The translations under genes and the position numbers were made by a program. A DNA stretch of 64,000 bases from Psilocybe cubensis (lineage: Eukaryota): assembly GCA_017499595.2 (NCBI GenBank), contig CM039009.1:1-64000 (forward strand), in the 5' to 3' direction. This document shows positions 7,030-19,600 of the stretch, in pieces. Each line of letters starts with the position of its first letter. Position 1 is the stretch's first letter. The notes beneath the pieces were generated by a model. The model was not told the DNA's origin. It did not search any database and saw only the letters and a list, made by a program, of their open reading frames with translations.

Positions 7030-10000
7030 ATGTCATCTCAATACTCTGCTGCTTTCTCTCGTGCCATGTCCCCCACCCTGGACGCACTCACCCAGGCCGT
7101 CGTCAACAACACCGTTTTCGGCGTCAACGATGAAGCAGGCCGCCATAACGCTCTGATCGACGAGCTGGCCACTGTGGTCATCAAAAAAATAGCTGAGTGC
7201 CGCTCCGTTGACCAAGTCATAGACTGCGTCTTTTTTGACTATCGTGCTGCCCTTAGGGAGTTTCTCCTCAACCTCGCATCGTGGTGCGATAAGAGGGAAA
7301 CAGTCAAGGCTAGCCTCGAGCGCCTTGAATCTGCCGTTAGCGCAGGCAACACGCCCAATCGCCTTAAGGTGAAGGCACCCGAGTTCCAACTTACGAAGGA
7401 ATTCGCGGATGCCGGGTCAGCGGAGGCTCTTCGAGTCTCCACTACGTTCTCTACCGCTCGTGACGCCTTCCAAAAGGCAATTAACGACGGCGCCATTCAG
7501 GCGAAAAAGGACGAGCTGACTTTTTGGGATGATAAATGCGCACTCAACTCTTGCTACGAAGCTGCTGCCCTCATCGTTAAGGCAACTTACGATGATCGCA
7601 AATCCAGCTACAAGCTCCCTGTTTTCTCTACAGATAACAAGGGAGTTCGACGTATAGCAGAGTGGGTAGTGTCTCCGCAAAAGAAAGCCGAATGCAGTGC
7701 GCTGCAAACCATACTGCCGGCGATCTTTTCTCACATCAAACAAATTGTCAACATGCGCCACCGCGCTTTGGCAATTAAGATTGAGAAAAAGCGGACGACT
7801 GCGGCAACAGCCGATGTCGAGATGGCCGACGCGACCAAACCAGGTCCGTCGATTCAATCCCTTATTGATAAGGGCTTGAATGCACGTCTCAAGAAGCTCA
7901 ACCTTGGATCTGTGGGCAAGAAGGCAAGTTTTCGTAACCCTTCACCCATAATTCTGGATACTAATTACTACTCTAATTACCCAGACTTTGTCTGGCCAGA
8001 ATTCGTCCAAGGCTCCTCAACCTCAGGCCAAGAAAGCTGGCCCTTCGAAACCCAAGTCGTCGTCGACGCCTTCGCAACGCAAGCCTCAAACCAAGGCTTC
8101 CAACAAGGTCGACAACAAGAAGAAAGGGAAGGGGAGAGCTCCCGTCAAGAACGATCCAAAGGGAAAGGGAAAGGCAAGAGCCTAGATGCGCGGTCTAATG
8201 TAGTACCTTTTACGTCGGTGAGACCCGCCTTCCCCAACTCTATTCCTGACGATATACTCACCATGACTAAAACAGACGCAGTTTCTTTCGTACACTTACA
8301 TACTCCAATATCATTCTTGTTGGCTGGCCAGTATCGTAGTAGTGTACATTGTAGTCCTGGTGTTTCTGTCCCTGTTGATGTAGCAAACGATCTCTCTCTC
8401 GGACTTAATTATATGTTTTTCACTCTGCCTTCTAAAAGTCTGATCATGCAAGCATGGAATGATTTCCAACGAAGAATAAGATGGCGTATCTATTTTTTGT
8501 TTAAGGAAGGCATGAATAAACCTTTTGATCCAGATTATGGAGTAAGCTCAAAAAAGAAAGAGAAACCTCCTGTATTACCGCAATATATGGAACTTGGCCT
8601 TTCGATGGGACGTCGGTACGTGCAACGCACGATCGCAAGTATCCCGGAAGAAGCCCTTACGGAGATGCGAAAGCACGCGTTCTCTCCTAAAAGGGACAAG
8701 ATCCGTAAGTTTCTTATCGATAACAACTATGTTATTACGATGACAGATAAGAATCTTGGCCTCGCGGTGTCTGAACGCGACTGGATATTAAGGAATGAGC
8801 TCAATCTTCTTGAAGATGAACGTAATTACGAAGAGTTAGAATTCGAAGTTGCGCAAGAAGTTATGAAGAGCAAAATGATTCAGATGCAAACGCTCGCACG
8901 TACTGTCGAAGATGAACATCTGTTTCTATTTGAACTTGGGTTGTCTCGATTCTTTCTATCGAATGTACCGGAAGACGGATCATCGTTCAAGTATCCTCAA
9001 TTTCATGGTATACCTAAAATCCACAAGAAACCTACTGGATTTAGGCCCATAATTCCGTGTCACTCTGTAGTATTTAATCCTGCAGCCAAGTTTGTATCAA
9101 AAGAGCTTAAGCCGATTATTAAATCGACTCCTTCAATCATACACGGAACGAAGGATCTCTTTACGAGATTAAGCCAATTGCGTATAGACTCCAAAAGACA
9201 ATGGTATTTTGTCACTGGAGATGTAGTTGCTTTCTATCCCAATATTCCGTTGGACTTGTGCATCGAAATCGTTTGTAGTATGTACGAGGAATGGTTACTC
9301 AACGCTTCGGAAGAAAACACTGCATTAGCCCATATTAATCCAAATTCGTTAGAGAATAACTTGGTTAAATTGGGCATCTTTAAACGTGCTATCGAGATTG
9401 GCAATACGCAATTGATAACACAACATGGGTCTAGATATTTTAGACAAAAAAATGGCCTCGCAATGGGCGTCGCGGATTCTCCGGACCTTGCTAACCTCTT
9501 TGGAGCCCATTTTGAAATAAAGTCAAAAATCTTAGACCACCCAAACGTGGCCTTCTATGGAAGGTACATCGACGATTGTTTCGCAATTGTTTACGCCGAG
9601 TCCGAAGCACTTGCACTTAATCTTATTAAAGAAACAATAAAGTTCGATGGTTGTGTTATCGAATGGGCTGTTTCCTCGTCGGGATGTCAATTTCTCGATG
9701 CTTTCATATTCAAGGAGTCTGGAAAACTTCATTGGAAGCCTTTTGTCAAGACAGGAAACAACCGAGAACGAGTTCCATGGGTATCACATCATCCTTTGGA
9801 CGTCAAACGTGGCGTCTACATTGGAGAGTTATCCAGGTTAGCCGTGCTATGTAGTACCAAGGAAATCTACATCGGAGCAATTAGAGACCTTAACGCTCTC
9901 TATTTGATGCACGGTTATCCCGAAAACCTAGTCATATCTTGGTGTAAGAAGAATATACAAGAACGTTGGGAAAAGCGATTCGCTTTACGAGTCGCAGAGC

Positions 10001-10560
10001 ACGACGAATCCATTCTTGTACTTAAAACCAGATTTGATCAGGTATGGAATTGGTTTTCAGCTGCTGAACTTGGAAAAACTGTTACCGAGTACTGGTCGGC
10101 ATGGTATGAACATGCCGAGAAAGGTTTGTATAGTGCAGACTCGTCCAGACCCCTTATCAAACCAGATCCAAATTACGTTCACGACCTCGATGATGTTCGC
10201 CCGGAGCTGTTCACACAGATCCTCGTGGACGGAGAAACTGAGTTCGTACCGGATTTGAGGAAGATAGGACTACTCGGAAGTCGTTGGATAGTATCGCGAA
10301 AACGCAATACTAATCTTTTCGACCTTGCAAATGTGTGGAAGAAAACAGTCTTTCGTAAACTGGATGAAGACATCGCTGAAAAAGGTGGTGTTGTTCCCGA
10401 AACTCAAAACGTTAATGAAACTTATCATTCTGCTTTAGTTGAAGCTGCTGAGCAGATAAGTATCGAAAGTGATAACGAGATAATACTTCATAGACGTTCA
10501 ATCTCACAAGAGAGGGAACATCCAGAATTTGGCAGAATATCCAAATCTTACAACCGATGA
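7030..10560 (+). CDS. Penelope-like RT polyprotein, copy B, 1176 aa
   Basis: Same RT motifs as copy A; uninterrupted ORF. Confidence 0.95.
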   Translation: MSSQYSAAFSRAMSPTLDALTQAVVNNTVFGVNDEAGRHNALIDELATVVIKKIAECRSVDQVIDCVFFDYRAALREFLLNLASWCDKRETVKASLERLESAVSAGNTPNRLKVKAPEFQLTKEFADAGSAEALRVSTTFSTARDAFQKAINDGAIQAKKDELTFWDDKCALNSCYEAAALIVKATYDDRKSSYKLPVFSTDNKGVRRIAEWVVSPQKKAECSALQTILPAIFSHIKQIVNMRHRALAIKIEKKRTTAATADVEMADATKPGPSIQSLIDKGLNARLKKLNLGSVGKKASFRNPSPIILDTNYYSNYPDFVWPEFVQGSSTSGQESWPFETQVVVDAFATQASNQGFQQGRQQEEREGESSRQERSKGKGKGKSLDARSNVVPFTSVRPAFPNSIPDDILTMTKTDAVSFVHLHTPISFLLAGQYRSSVHCSPGVSVPVDVANDLSLGLNYMFFTLPSKSLIMQAWNDFQRRIRWRIYFLFKEGMNKPFDPDYGVSSKKKEKPPVLPQYMELGLSMGRRYVQRTIASIPEEALTEMRKHAFSPKRDKIRKFLIDNNYVITMTDKNLGLAVSERDWILRNELNLLEDERNYEELEFEVAQEVMKSKMIQMQTLARTVEDEHLFLFELGLSRFFLSNVPEDGSSFKYPQFHGIPKIHKKPTGFRPIIPCHSVVFNPAAKFVSKELKPIIKSTPSIIHGTKDLFTRLSQLRIDSKRQWYFVTGDVVAFYPNIPLDLCIEIVCSMYEEWLLNASEENTALAHINPNSLENNLVKLGIFKRAIEIGNTQLITQHGSRYFRQKNGLAMGVADSPDLANLFGAHFEIKSKILDHPNVAFYGRYIDDCFAIVYAESEALALNLIKETIKFDGCVIEWAVSSSGCQFLDAFIFKESGKLHWKPFVKTGNNRERVPWVSHHPLDVKRGVYIGELSRLAVLCSTKEIYIGAIRDLNALYLMHGYPENLVISWCKKNIQERWEKRFALRVAEHDESILVLKTRFDQVWNWFSAAELGKTVTEYWSAWYEHAEKGLYSADSSRPLIKPDPNYVHDLDDVRPELFTQILVDGETEFVPDLRKIGLLGSRWIVSRKRNTNLFDLANVWKKTVFRKLDEDIAEKGGVVPETQNVNETYHSALVEAAEQISIESDNEIILHRRSISQEREHPEFGRISKSYNR

Positions 10561-11276
10561 AAAGAATACTAGCGCTTAAGGCGTAAAGCATTAGAAAAAA
10601 AACCCTAACCGTAAGTATTCCTTGCTATAAAGTAACAAACATCTACTTACAAGCAACACATTGGATTGAATAGCTAAACCTAAACCTAAACCCTAAACCC
10701 TAAACCCTAAACCCTAACCTAACCCCAACCCTAAGCTAACTAAGTCTAACCTTAGTAGGAAGTAAGGTAGGCGTGTGAACTTCCGAACGGCATGTGATTG
10801 TGAAGGGCCGGATCTAATTTAGTACATGGGAAAAGTTACTTAGTACTTCGGGAAAAGTTCCTTAGTACCGTGGAAACATTTTTGATGGACCGGATCATGA
10901 ACTGTCCAATTAAGATTCACAACAATCAATCATTCTATTGTTTGATTGTTAGGTAAGGACCCAGGTAAGTTATTTATACTCTAGACATGTGAATATTCCC
11001 ATGTCGCGGTTACTCGGAGCCACGTAACCAGAGTAATCTATATCCATGTGATTCACATCACAGTCAATAACCCACGATGTCAAAGAACAAAAGTGTTGGA
11101 TCCACTTTTGACAGGTTACCATGTGCCACATCGACCCGTGACACTCTGTTCATCAGAGACCTGTCTAACTTGACAATAAACATTGACAGATTTGTGATAG
11201 TCGGTAAGATACATGACAGCTGCGCAGCATCACTTCACGCGCTGTCATCGGATGTCTAGAACATTCCTTCTAAGAA

Positions 11277-11343
11277 TAGCCACTGAAGAGTCTATAAAGA
11301 CGAAAGGGCTGGTTGTTGGGATCCCCCAACAGCCCTCTGGCTA
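11277..11343 (+). ncRNA. Type I hammerhead ribozyme, intact
   Basis: Matches 6859-6925. Confidence 0.92.
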
Positions 11344-11408
11344 CTTTCCATTTAACTCCCAGTTTAAACTAGTCGCTCGCACCTCGCTTCGCTCGGTGCT
11401 CGCTCCCC

Positions 11409-11446
11409 CCCTAAACCCTAAACCCTAAACCCTAAACCCTAAACCC
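11409..11446 (+). repeat. Interstitial telomeric tract capping the 5'-truncated copy C
   Basis: About 5 CCCTAAA units joined directly to mid-ORF sequence cgcgactgg. Confidence 0.9.
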
Positions 11447-14073
11447 GCGACTGGATATTAAGGAATGAGCTCAATCTTCTTGAAGATGAACGTAACTATG
11501 AAGAGTTAGAATTCGAAGTTGCGCAAGAAGTAATGAAGAGCAAAATGATCCAGATGCAAACTCTTGCACGTACCGTCGAAGATGAACATCTGTTTCTATT
11601 TGAACTTGGGTTGTCTCGATTCTTTCTATCGAATGTACCGGAAGACGGATCATCGTTCAAGTATCCTCAATTTCATGGTATACCTAAAATCCACAAGAAA
11701 CCTACTGGATTTAGGCCCATAATTCCGTGTCACTCTGTAGTATTTAATCCTGCAGCCAAGTTTGTATCAAAAGAGCTTAAGCCGATTATTAAATCGACTC
11801 CTTCAATCATTCACGGAACGAAGGATCTCTTTACGAGATTAAGCCAATTGCGTATAGACCCCAAACGACAATGGTATTTTGTCACCGGGGATGTAGTTGC
11901 TTTCTATCCCAATATTCCGTTGGACTTGTGCATCGAAATCGTTTGTAGTATGTACGAGGAATGGTTACTCAATGCTTCGGAAGAAAACACTGCATTAGCC
12001 CATATTAATCCAAATTCGTTAGAGAATAACTTGGTTAAATTGGGCATCTTTAAACGTGCTATCGAGATTGGCAATACGCAATTGATAACACAACATGGGT
12101 CTAGATATTTTAGACAAAAAAATGGCCTCGCAATGGGCGTCGCGGATTCTCCGGACCTTGCTAACCTCTTTGGAGCCCATTTTGAAATAAAGTCAAAAAT
12201 CTTAGACCACCCTAATGTGGCCTTCTATGGAAGGTACATCGACGATTGTTTTGCAATTGTTTACGCCGAGTCCGAAGCACTTGCACTTAATTTAATTAAA
12301 GAAACAATAAAGTTCGATGGTTGTGTTATCGAATGGGCTGTTTCCTCGTCGGGATGTCAATTTCTCGATGCTTTCATATTCAAGGAGTCTGGAAAACTTC
12401 ATTGGAAGCCTTTTGTCAAGACAGGAAACAACCGAGAACGAGTTCCATGGGTATCACATCATCCTTTAGACGTCAAACGTGGCGTTTACATTGGAGAGTT
12501 ATCCAGGTTAGCCGTGCTATGTAGTACCAAGGAAATCTACATTGGAGCAATTAGAGACCTTAACGCTCTCTATTTGATGCGCGGTTATCCCGAAAACCTA
12601 GTCATGTCTTGGTGTAAGAAGAATATACAAGAACGTTGGGAAAAGCGATTCGCTTTACGAATCGCAGAGCACGACGAATCCATTCTTGTACTTAAAACCA
12701 GGTTTGATCAGGTATGGAATTGGTTTTCAGCTGCTGAACTTGGAAAAACTGTTACCGAGTACTGGTCGGCATGGTATGAACATGCCGAGAAAGGTCTGTA
12801 TAGTGTAGACTCGTCCAGACCCCTTATCAAACCAGATCCAAATTACGTTCACGACCTCGATGATGTTCGCCCGGAGCTGTTCACACAGATCCTCGTGGAC
12901 GGAGAAACTGAGTTCGTACCGGATTTGAGGAAGATAGGACTACTCGGAAGTCGTTGGATAGTATCGCGAAAGCGCAATACTAATCTTTTCGACCTTGCAA
13001 ATGTGTGGAAGAAAACAGTTTTTCGTAAACTGGATGAAGACATTGCCGAAAAAGGTGGTGTTGTTCCCGAAACTCAAAACGTTAATGAAACTTATCATTC
13101 TGCTCTAGTTGAAGCTGCTGAACAGATAAGTATCGAAAGCGATAACGAGATAATACTTCATAGACGTTCAATCTCACAAGAGAGGGAACATCCAGAATTC
13201 GGCAGAATATCCAAATCTTACAACCGATGAAAAGAATACTAGCGCTTAAGGCGTAAAGCATTAGAAAAAAACCCTAACCGTAAGTATTCATTGCTATAAA
13301 GTAACAAACATCTACTTACAAGCAACACATTGGATTAAATAGCTAAACCTAAACCTAAACCCTAAACCCTAAGCCCTAACCTAACCCCAACCCTAAGCTA
13401 ACTAAGTCTAACCTTAGTAGGAAGTAAGGTAGGCGTGTGAACTTCCGAACGGCATGTGATTGTGAAGGGCCGGATCTAATTTAGTACATGGGAAAAGTTA
13501 CTTAGTACTTCGGGAAAAGTTCCTTAGTACCGTGGAAACATTTTTGATGGACCGGATCATGAACTGTCCAATTAAGATTCACAACAATCAATCAATTGAT
13601 TGTTAGGTAAGGACCCAGGTAAGCTATTTATACTCTTGACATGTGAATATTCCCATGTCGCGGTTACTCGGAGCCACGTAACCAGAGTAATCTATATCCA
13701 TGTGATTCACATCACAGTCAATAACCCACGATGTCAAAGAACAAAAGTGTTGGATCCACTTTTGACAGGTTACCATGTGCCACATTGACCCGTGACACTC
13801 TGTTCATCAGAGACCTGTCTAACTTGACAATAAACATTGACAGATTTGTGATAGTCGGTAAGATACATGACAGCTGCACAGCATCACTTCACGCGCTGTC
13901 ATCGGATGTCTAGAACATTCCTTCTAAGAATAGCCACTGAAGAGTCTATAAAGACGAAAGGGCTGGTTGTTGGTACCCCCCAACAGCCCTCTGGCCTTCT
14001 TTCCATTTAACTCACAGTTTAAACAAGTCGCTCGCACCTCGCTTCGCTCGGTGCTCGCTCCCCCCCTAAACCC
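11446..14073 (+). mobile_element. PLE copy C, 5'-truncated (RT core to 13230, 3' UTR, terminal repeat)
   Basis: Starts within the ORF at the RDWILRN codons. The residual ORF 11533-13230 keeps YIDD. Confidence 0.9.
13931..13997 (+). ncRNA. Type I hammerhead ribozyme, intact
   Basis: Same core; distal stem III variant ttgg/ccaa. Confidence 0.9.
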
Positions 14074-14105
14074 TAAACCCTAAACCCTAAACCCTAAACC
14101 CTAAA

Positions 14106-14200
14106 CCCCCCAACAGCCCTCTGGCTTCTTTCCATTTTAACTCCCAGTTTAAACTAGTCGCTCGCACCTCGCTTCGCTCGGTGCTCGCTCCCCCCCTAAA
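14106..14200 (+). mobile_element. Mini PLE 3'-end fragment (~95 bp) between telomeric tracts
   Basis: cccccaacagccctc^tggc...gctcgctccccccctaaa only. Confidence 0.85.
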
Positions 14201-14925
14201 CCTAAACCCTAAACCCTAAACCCTAAGCCCTAACCTAACCCCAACCCTAAGCTAACTAAGTCTAACCTTAGTAGGAAGTAAGGTAGGCGTGTGAACTTCC
14301 GAACGGCATGTGATTGTGAAGGGCCGGATCTAATTTAGTACATGGGAAAAGTTACTTAGTACCTCGGGAAAAGTTCCTTAGTACCGTGGAAACATTTTTG
14401 ATGGACCAGATCATGAACTGTCCAATTAAGATTCACAACAATCAATCAATTGATTGTTAGGTAAAGACCCAGGTAAGCTATTTATACTCTAGACATGTGA
14501 ATATTCCCATGTCGCAGTTACTTGGAGCCACGTAACCAGAGTACTCTATATCCATGTGATTCACATCACAGTCAATAACCCACGATGTCAAAGAACAAAA
14601 GTGTTGGATCCATTTTTGACAGGTTACCATGTGCCACACTGACCCGTGACACTCTGTTCATCAGAGACCTGTCTAACTTGACAATAAACATTGACAGATT
14701 TGTGATAGTCGGTAAGATACATGACAGCTGCGCAGCATCACTTCACGCGCTGTCATCGGATGTCTAGAACATTCCTTCTAAGAATAGCCACTGAAGAGTC
14801 TATAAAGACGAAAGGGCTGGTTGTTGGGATCCCCCAACAGCCCTCTGGCTTCTTTCCATTTTAACTCCCAGTTTAAACTAGTCGCTCGCACCTCGCTTCG
14901 CTCGGTGCTCGCTCCCCCCCTAAAC
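14197..14925 (+). mobile_element. Solo terminal repeat (5'-truncated PLE) with an intact hammerhead at 14785-14851
   Basis: Repeat unit without ORF; begins at the element's internal telomere-like tract. Confidence 0.87.
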
Positions 14926-15576
14926 CTAAACCCTAAACCCTAAACCCTAAGCCCTAACCTAACCCCAACCCTAAGCTAACTAAGTCTAACCTTAGTAGGA
15001 AGTAAGGTAGGCGTGTGAACTTCCGAACGGCATGTGATTGTGAAGGGCCGGATCTAATTTAGTACATGGGAAAAGTTACTTAGTACCTCGGGAAAAGTTC
15101 CTTAGTACCGTGGAAACATTTTTGATGGACCGGATCATGAACTGTCCAATTAAGATTCACAACAATCAATCATTCTATTTTTTGATTGTTAGGTAAGGAC
15201 CCAGGTAAGCTATTTATACTCTTGACATGAGAATATTCCCATGTCGCGGTTACTCGGAGCCATGTAACCAGAGTATTCTATATCCATGTGATTCACATCA
15301 CAGTCAATAACCCACGATGTCAAAGAACAAAAGTGTTGGATCCACTTTTGACAGGTTACCATGTGCCACATCGACCCGTGACACTCTGTTCATCAGAAAC
15401 CTGTCTAACTTGACAATAAACATTGACAGATTTGTGATAGTCGGTAAGATACATGACAGCTGCGCAGCATCACTTCACGCGCTGTCATCGGATGTCTAGA
15501 ACATTCCTTCTAAGAATAGCCACTGAAGAGTCTATAAAGACGAAAGGGCTGGCCGTTTGTACCCCCAAACAGCCCT

Positions 15577-16505
15577 CAAGTACTCGTCCTCTCCCAAACT
15601 CCTGCCGCTTGTGCCTTCCCAACTCATCCGGGAGCCCTTTCGTCACTGATCTTGCCCTTGACTCGGGGACGTTTCATCGACATGTTGGCTGCCTCACGGC
15701 AAGCGGGGCCCTTTTTCTTTCACTCGCTCACGCCTTCTATGTTGGGTTACGGAGGTCATACAAACTCGTTTTAGTCTAGCTGCGGGGATATCCAGCTATG
15801 ATGACTTTGTAATTCGAGGGCGCGCAGTTCTTCAATGGGTATGGACATCAGGTGAGAGTACACTGGGGGTTGTCAGGACCAGCTCTGCTGGATACGCTCC
15901 TGGCAAGTCGGTTGCAGCCGGCGACACTACCGAATTGCTGGGACGTCCTAAAGCTTGTGGGTACCGCCGACCGCTGGAAACAGCCTAGGCACCGGTGGCG
16001 ACCGGGTATGGTAACAATCCCCAAGATTCAGCGAAAGCTGGAATGGATAATCAGCAGCGAATCCGTAACGGTCACGCCGACGGAAGCGTTCAACGACTAG
16101 GTGGTAGTGGGGTCTTCGGATCTTAAGATATAGTCTTGGGAGTGGGGAAACCCACATCTGGTATCTAAACCGCGCCTCGCTGCTTACGAGGACGGCCCGA
16201 AGTCCAGAACCGCTTAAAACGCGGGTGACCCGGCCTCCCCTTAGTAAAGGGAGTTAACACAAGGATGGACAAATAGTTCGTCGCCGGAAATGAACCTGTG
16301 GCTGTAATGGCTGATGTGGCGCCCCTTGGTAAAGGGCTTAAAGGGTATTAGCCTGCCATGTCCAATGGCATGAGAGTGTCCCTTGGTAAAGGACTTAATA
16401 GGCAATAGCCTGCTCTTTTGTCATGAGCGGTATGTAGTGATCGTTTGCCTGTACGGTAGCGCCCATTGCTTGCACTGGTCCACGCCCGTAAAAAATCACG
16501 AGCCG
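15577..16505 (+). ncRNA. Group I intron, second copy, 929 nt, splitting the hammerhead that starts at 15517
   Basis: cagcccT|caagtac...gagccG|ctggc. Nearly identical to 784-1712 (two substitutions noticed by eye). Confidence 0.93.
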
Positions 16506-16616
16506 CTGGCTTCTTTCCATTTAACTCACAGTTTAAACAAGTCGCTCGCACCTCGCTTCGCTCGGTGCTCGCTCCCACCCTAAACCACTCGACTTTGCTA
16601 TTACCCAACAGCTACT

Positions 16617-19600
16617 ATGTCTTCCACTTACTCTGCTGCCTTCTCTCGTGCCATGTCCCCCACCCTGGACGCACTCACCCAGGCTGTCGTCAACAATACA
16701 GTCTTTGGCGTCAACGACGAAGCTGGCCGCCACAACGCCCTCATCGACGAGTTGGCCACTGTCGTCATCAAAAAAATAGCTGAGTGCCGCTCCATTGACC
16801 AGATCGTAGACTGCGTCTTTTTTGACTATCGTGCTGCCCTTAGGGAGTTTCTCCTCAACCTCGCATCGTGGTGCGACAAGAGGGAAACAGTCAAGGCTAG
16901 CCTTGAGCGCCTTGAACTTGCCGTTAGCGCAGGCAACACCCCCAATCGCCTTCGGGTGAAGGCTCCCGAGTTCCAACTCACGAAGGAATTCACGGATGCC
17001 GGGTCAGCGGAGGCTCTTCGAGTCTCCTCTACGTTCTCCACCGCTCGTGACGTCTTCCAAAAGGCGATTAACGACGGCGCCATCCAGGCGAAAAAGGACG
17101 AACTGGCCTTTTGGGATGATAAATGCGCACTCAATAACTGTTATGAAGCTGCTGCCCTCATCGTTAAGACAACTTACGATGATCGCAAATCCAGCTATAA
17201 GCTCCCCGTTTTCTCTACAGACAACAAGGGAGTTCGTCGAATAACAGATTGGATAGTGTCACCGCAGAAGAAGGCTGAATGCAGCGCATTGCAAACCATT
17301 TTGCCAGCCATCTTCTCTCATATCAAACAGATTGTCAACTTGCGCCACCGCGCTTTGGCAATCAAGATTGAGAAAAAGCGGTCGACTGCGGCAACAGCCG
17401 ATGTCGAGATGGCCGATGCGACCAAACCAGGTCCATCGATTCAATCCCTTATTGATAAGGGCTTGAATGCACGTCTCAAGAAGCTCAACCTTGGATCTGT
17501 GGGCAAGAAGGCAAGTTCTCGTAACCCTTCACCCATAATTTTGGATACTAATTACTATTCTAATTACCCAGACTTTGTCTGGCCAGAATTCGTCCAAGGC
17601 TCCTCAACCTCAGGCCAAGAAAGCTGGCCCTTCGAAACCCAAGTCCTCGTCGACGCCTTCGCAGAGGAAGCCCCAAACCAAGGCTTCCAACAAGGTCGAC
17701 AACAAGAAGAAAGGGAAGGGGAGAGCTCCCGTCAAGAACAATCCAAAGGGAAAGGGAAAGGCAAGAGCCTAGACGCGCGGTCTAATGTAGTACCTTTTAC
17801 GTCGGTAAGACCCGCCTTCCCCAACTCTATTCCTGACGATATACTCACCATGACTAAAACAGACGCAGTTTCTTTTGTACACTTACATACGCCGATCTCA
17901 TTCTTGTTGGCTGGCCAGTATCGTAGTAGTGTACATTGTAGTCCTGGTGTGGTGGTCCCTGTAGATATAGCAAATGATTTGTCGCTCGGACTCAATTATA
18001 TGTTTTTTACTCTGCCTTCTCAAAGTCTGATCATGCAAGCATGGAACGATTTTCAACGAAGAATAAGATGGCGTATCTATTTTTTGTTTAAGGAAGGCAT
18101 GAACAAACCTTTTGATCCAGATTATGGAGTAAGCTCTAAGAAAAAGGAGAAACCTCCAGTATTACCGCAATATATGGAACTTGGCCTTTCGATGGGACGT
18201 CGGTACGTGCAACGCACGATCGCAAGTATCCCGGAAGAAGCCCTTACGGAGATGCGAAAGCACGCGTTCTCTCCTAAAAGGGACAAGATCCGTAAGTTTC
18301 TTATCGATAACAACTATGTTATTACGATGACAGATAAGAATCTTGGCCTCGCGGTGTCTGAACGCGACTGGATATTAAGGAATGAGCTCAATCTTCTTGA
18401 AGATGAACGTAACTACGAAGAGTTAGAATTTGAAGTTGCGCAAGAAGTTATGAAGAGCAAAATGATCCAGATGCAAACTCTCGCACATACCGTCGAAGAT
18501 GAACATCTGTTTCTTTATGAACTTGGGTTGTCTCGATTCTTTCTATCGAATATACCGGAAGACGGATCATCGTTCAAGTATCCTCAATTTCATGGTATAC
18601 CTAAAATCCACAAGAAACCTACTGGATTTAGGCCCATAATTCCGTGTCACTCTGTAGTATTTAATCCTGCAGCCAAGTTCGTATCAAAAGAGCTTAAGCC
18701 GATTATTAAATCGACTCCTTCAATCATACACGGAACGAAGGATCTCTTTACGAGATTAAGCCAATTGCGTATAGACTCCAAAAGACAATGGTATTTTGTC
18801 ACTGGAGATGTAGTTGCTTTCTATCCCAATATCCCGTTGGACTCGTGCATCGAAATCGTTTGTAGTATGTACGAGGAATGGTTACTCAACACTTCGGAAG
18901 AAAACACTGCATTAGCCCATATTAAGCCAAATTCGTTAGAGAATAACTTGATTAAATTGGGCATCTTTAAACGTGCTATCGAGATTGGCAATACGCAATT
19001 GATAACACAACATGGGTCTAGATATTTTAGACAAAAAAATGGCCTCGCAATGGGCGTCGCGGATTCTCCGGACCTTGCTAACCTCTTTGGAGCCCATTTT
19101 GAAATAAAGTCAAAAATCTTAGACCACCCAAACGTGGCCTTCTACGGAAGGTACATCGACGATTGTTTCGCAATTGTTTACGCCGAGTCCGAAACACTTG
19201 CACTTAATCTTATTAAAGAAACAATAAAGTTCGATGGTTGTGTTATCGAATGGGCTGTTTCCTCGTCGGGATGTCAATTTCTCGATGCTTTCATATTCAA
19301 GGAGTCTGGAAAACTTCATTGGAAGCCATTTGTCAAGACAGGAAACAACCGAGAACGAGTTCCATGGGTATCACATCATCCTTTGGACGTCAAACGTGGC
19401 GTTTACATTGGAGAGTTATCCAGGTTAGCCGTGCTATGTAGTACCAAGGAAATCTACATCGGAGCAATTAGAGACCTTAACGCTCTCTATTTGATGCGCG
19501 GTTATCCCGAAAACCTAGTCATGTCTTGGTGTAAGAAGAATATACAAGAACGTTGGGAAAAGCGATTTGCTTTACGAGTCGCAGAGCACGACGAATCCAT

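Larger units (their letters stand above)
6283..11418 (+). mobile_element. PLE copy B: full-length, both terminal repeats intron-less
   Basis: Repeats at ~6283-7000 and ~10675-11418 flank ORF 7030-10560. Confidence 0.9.
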
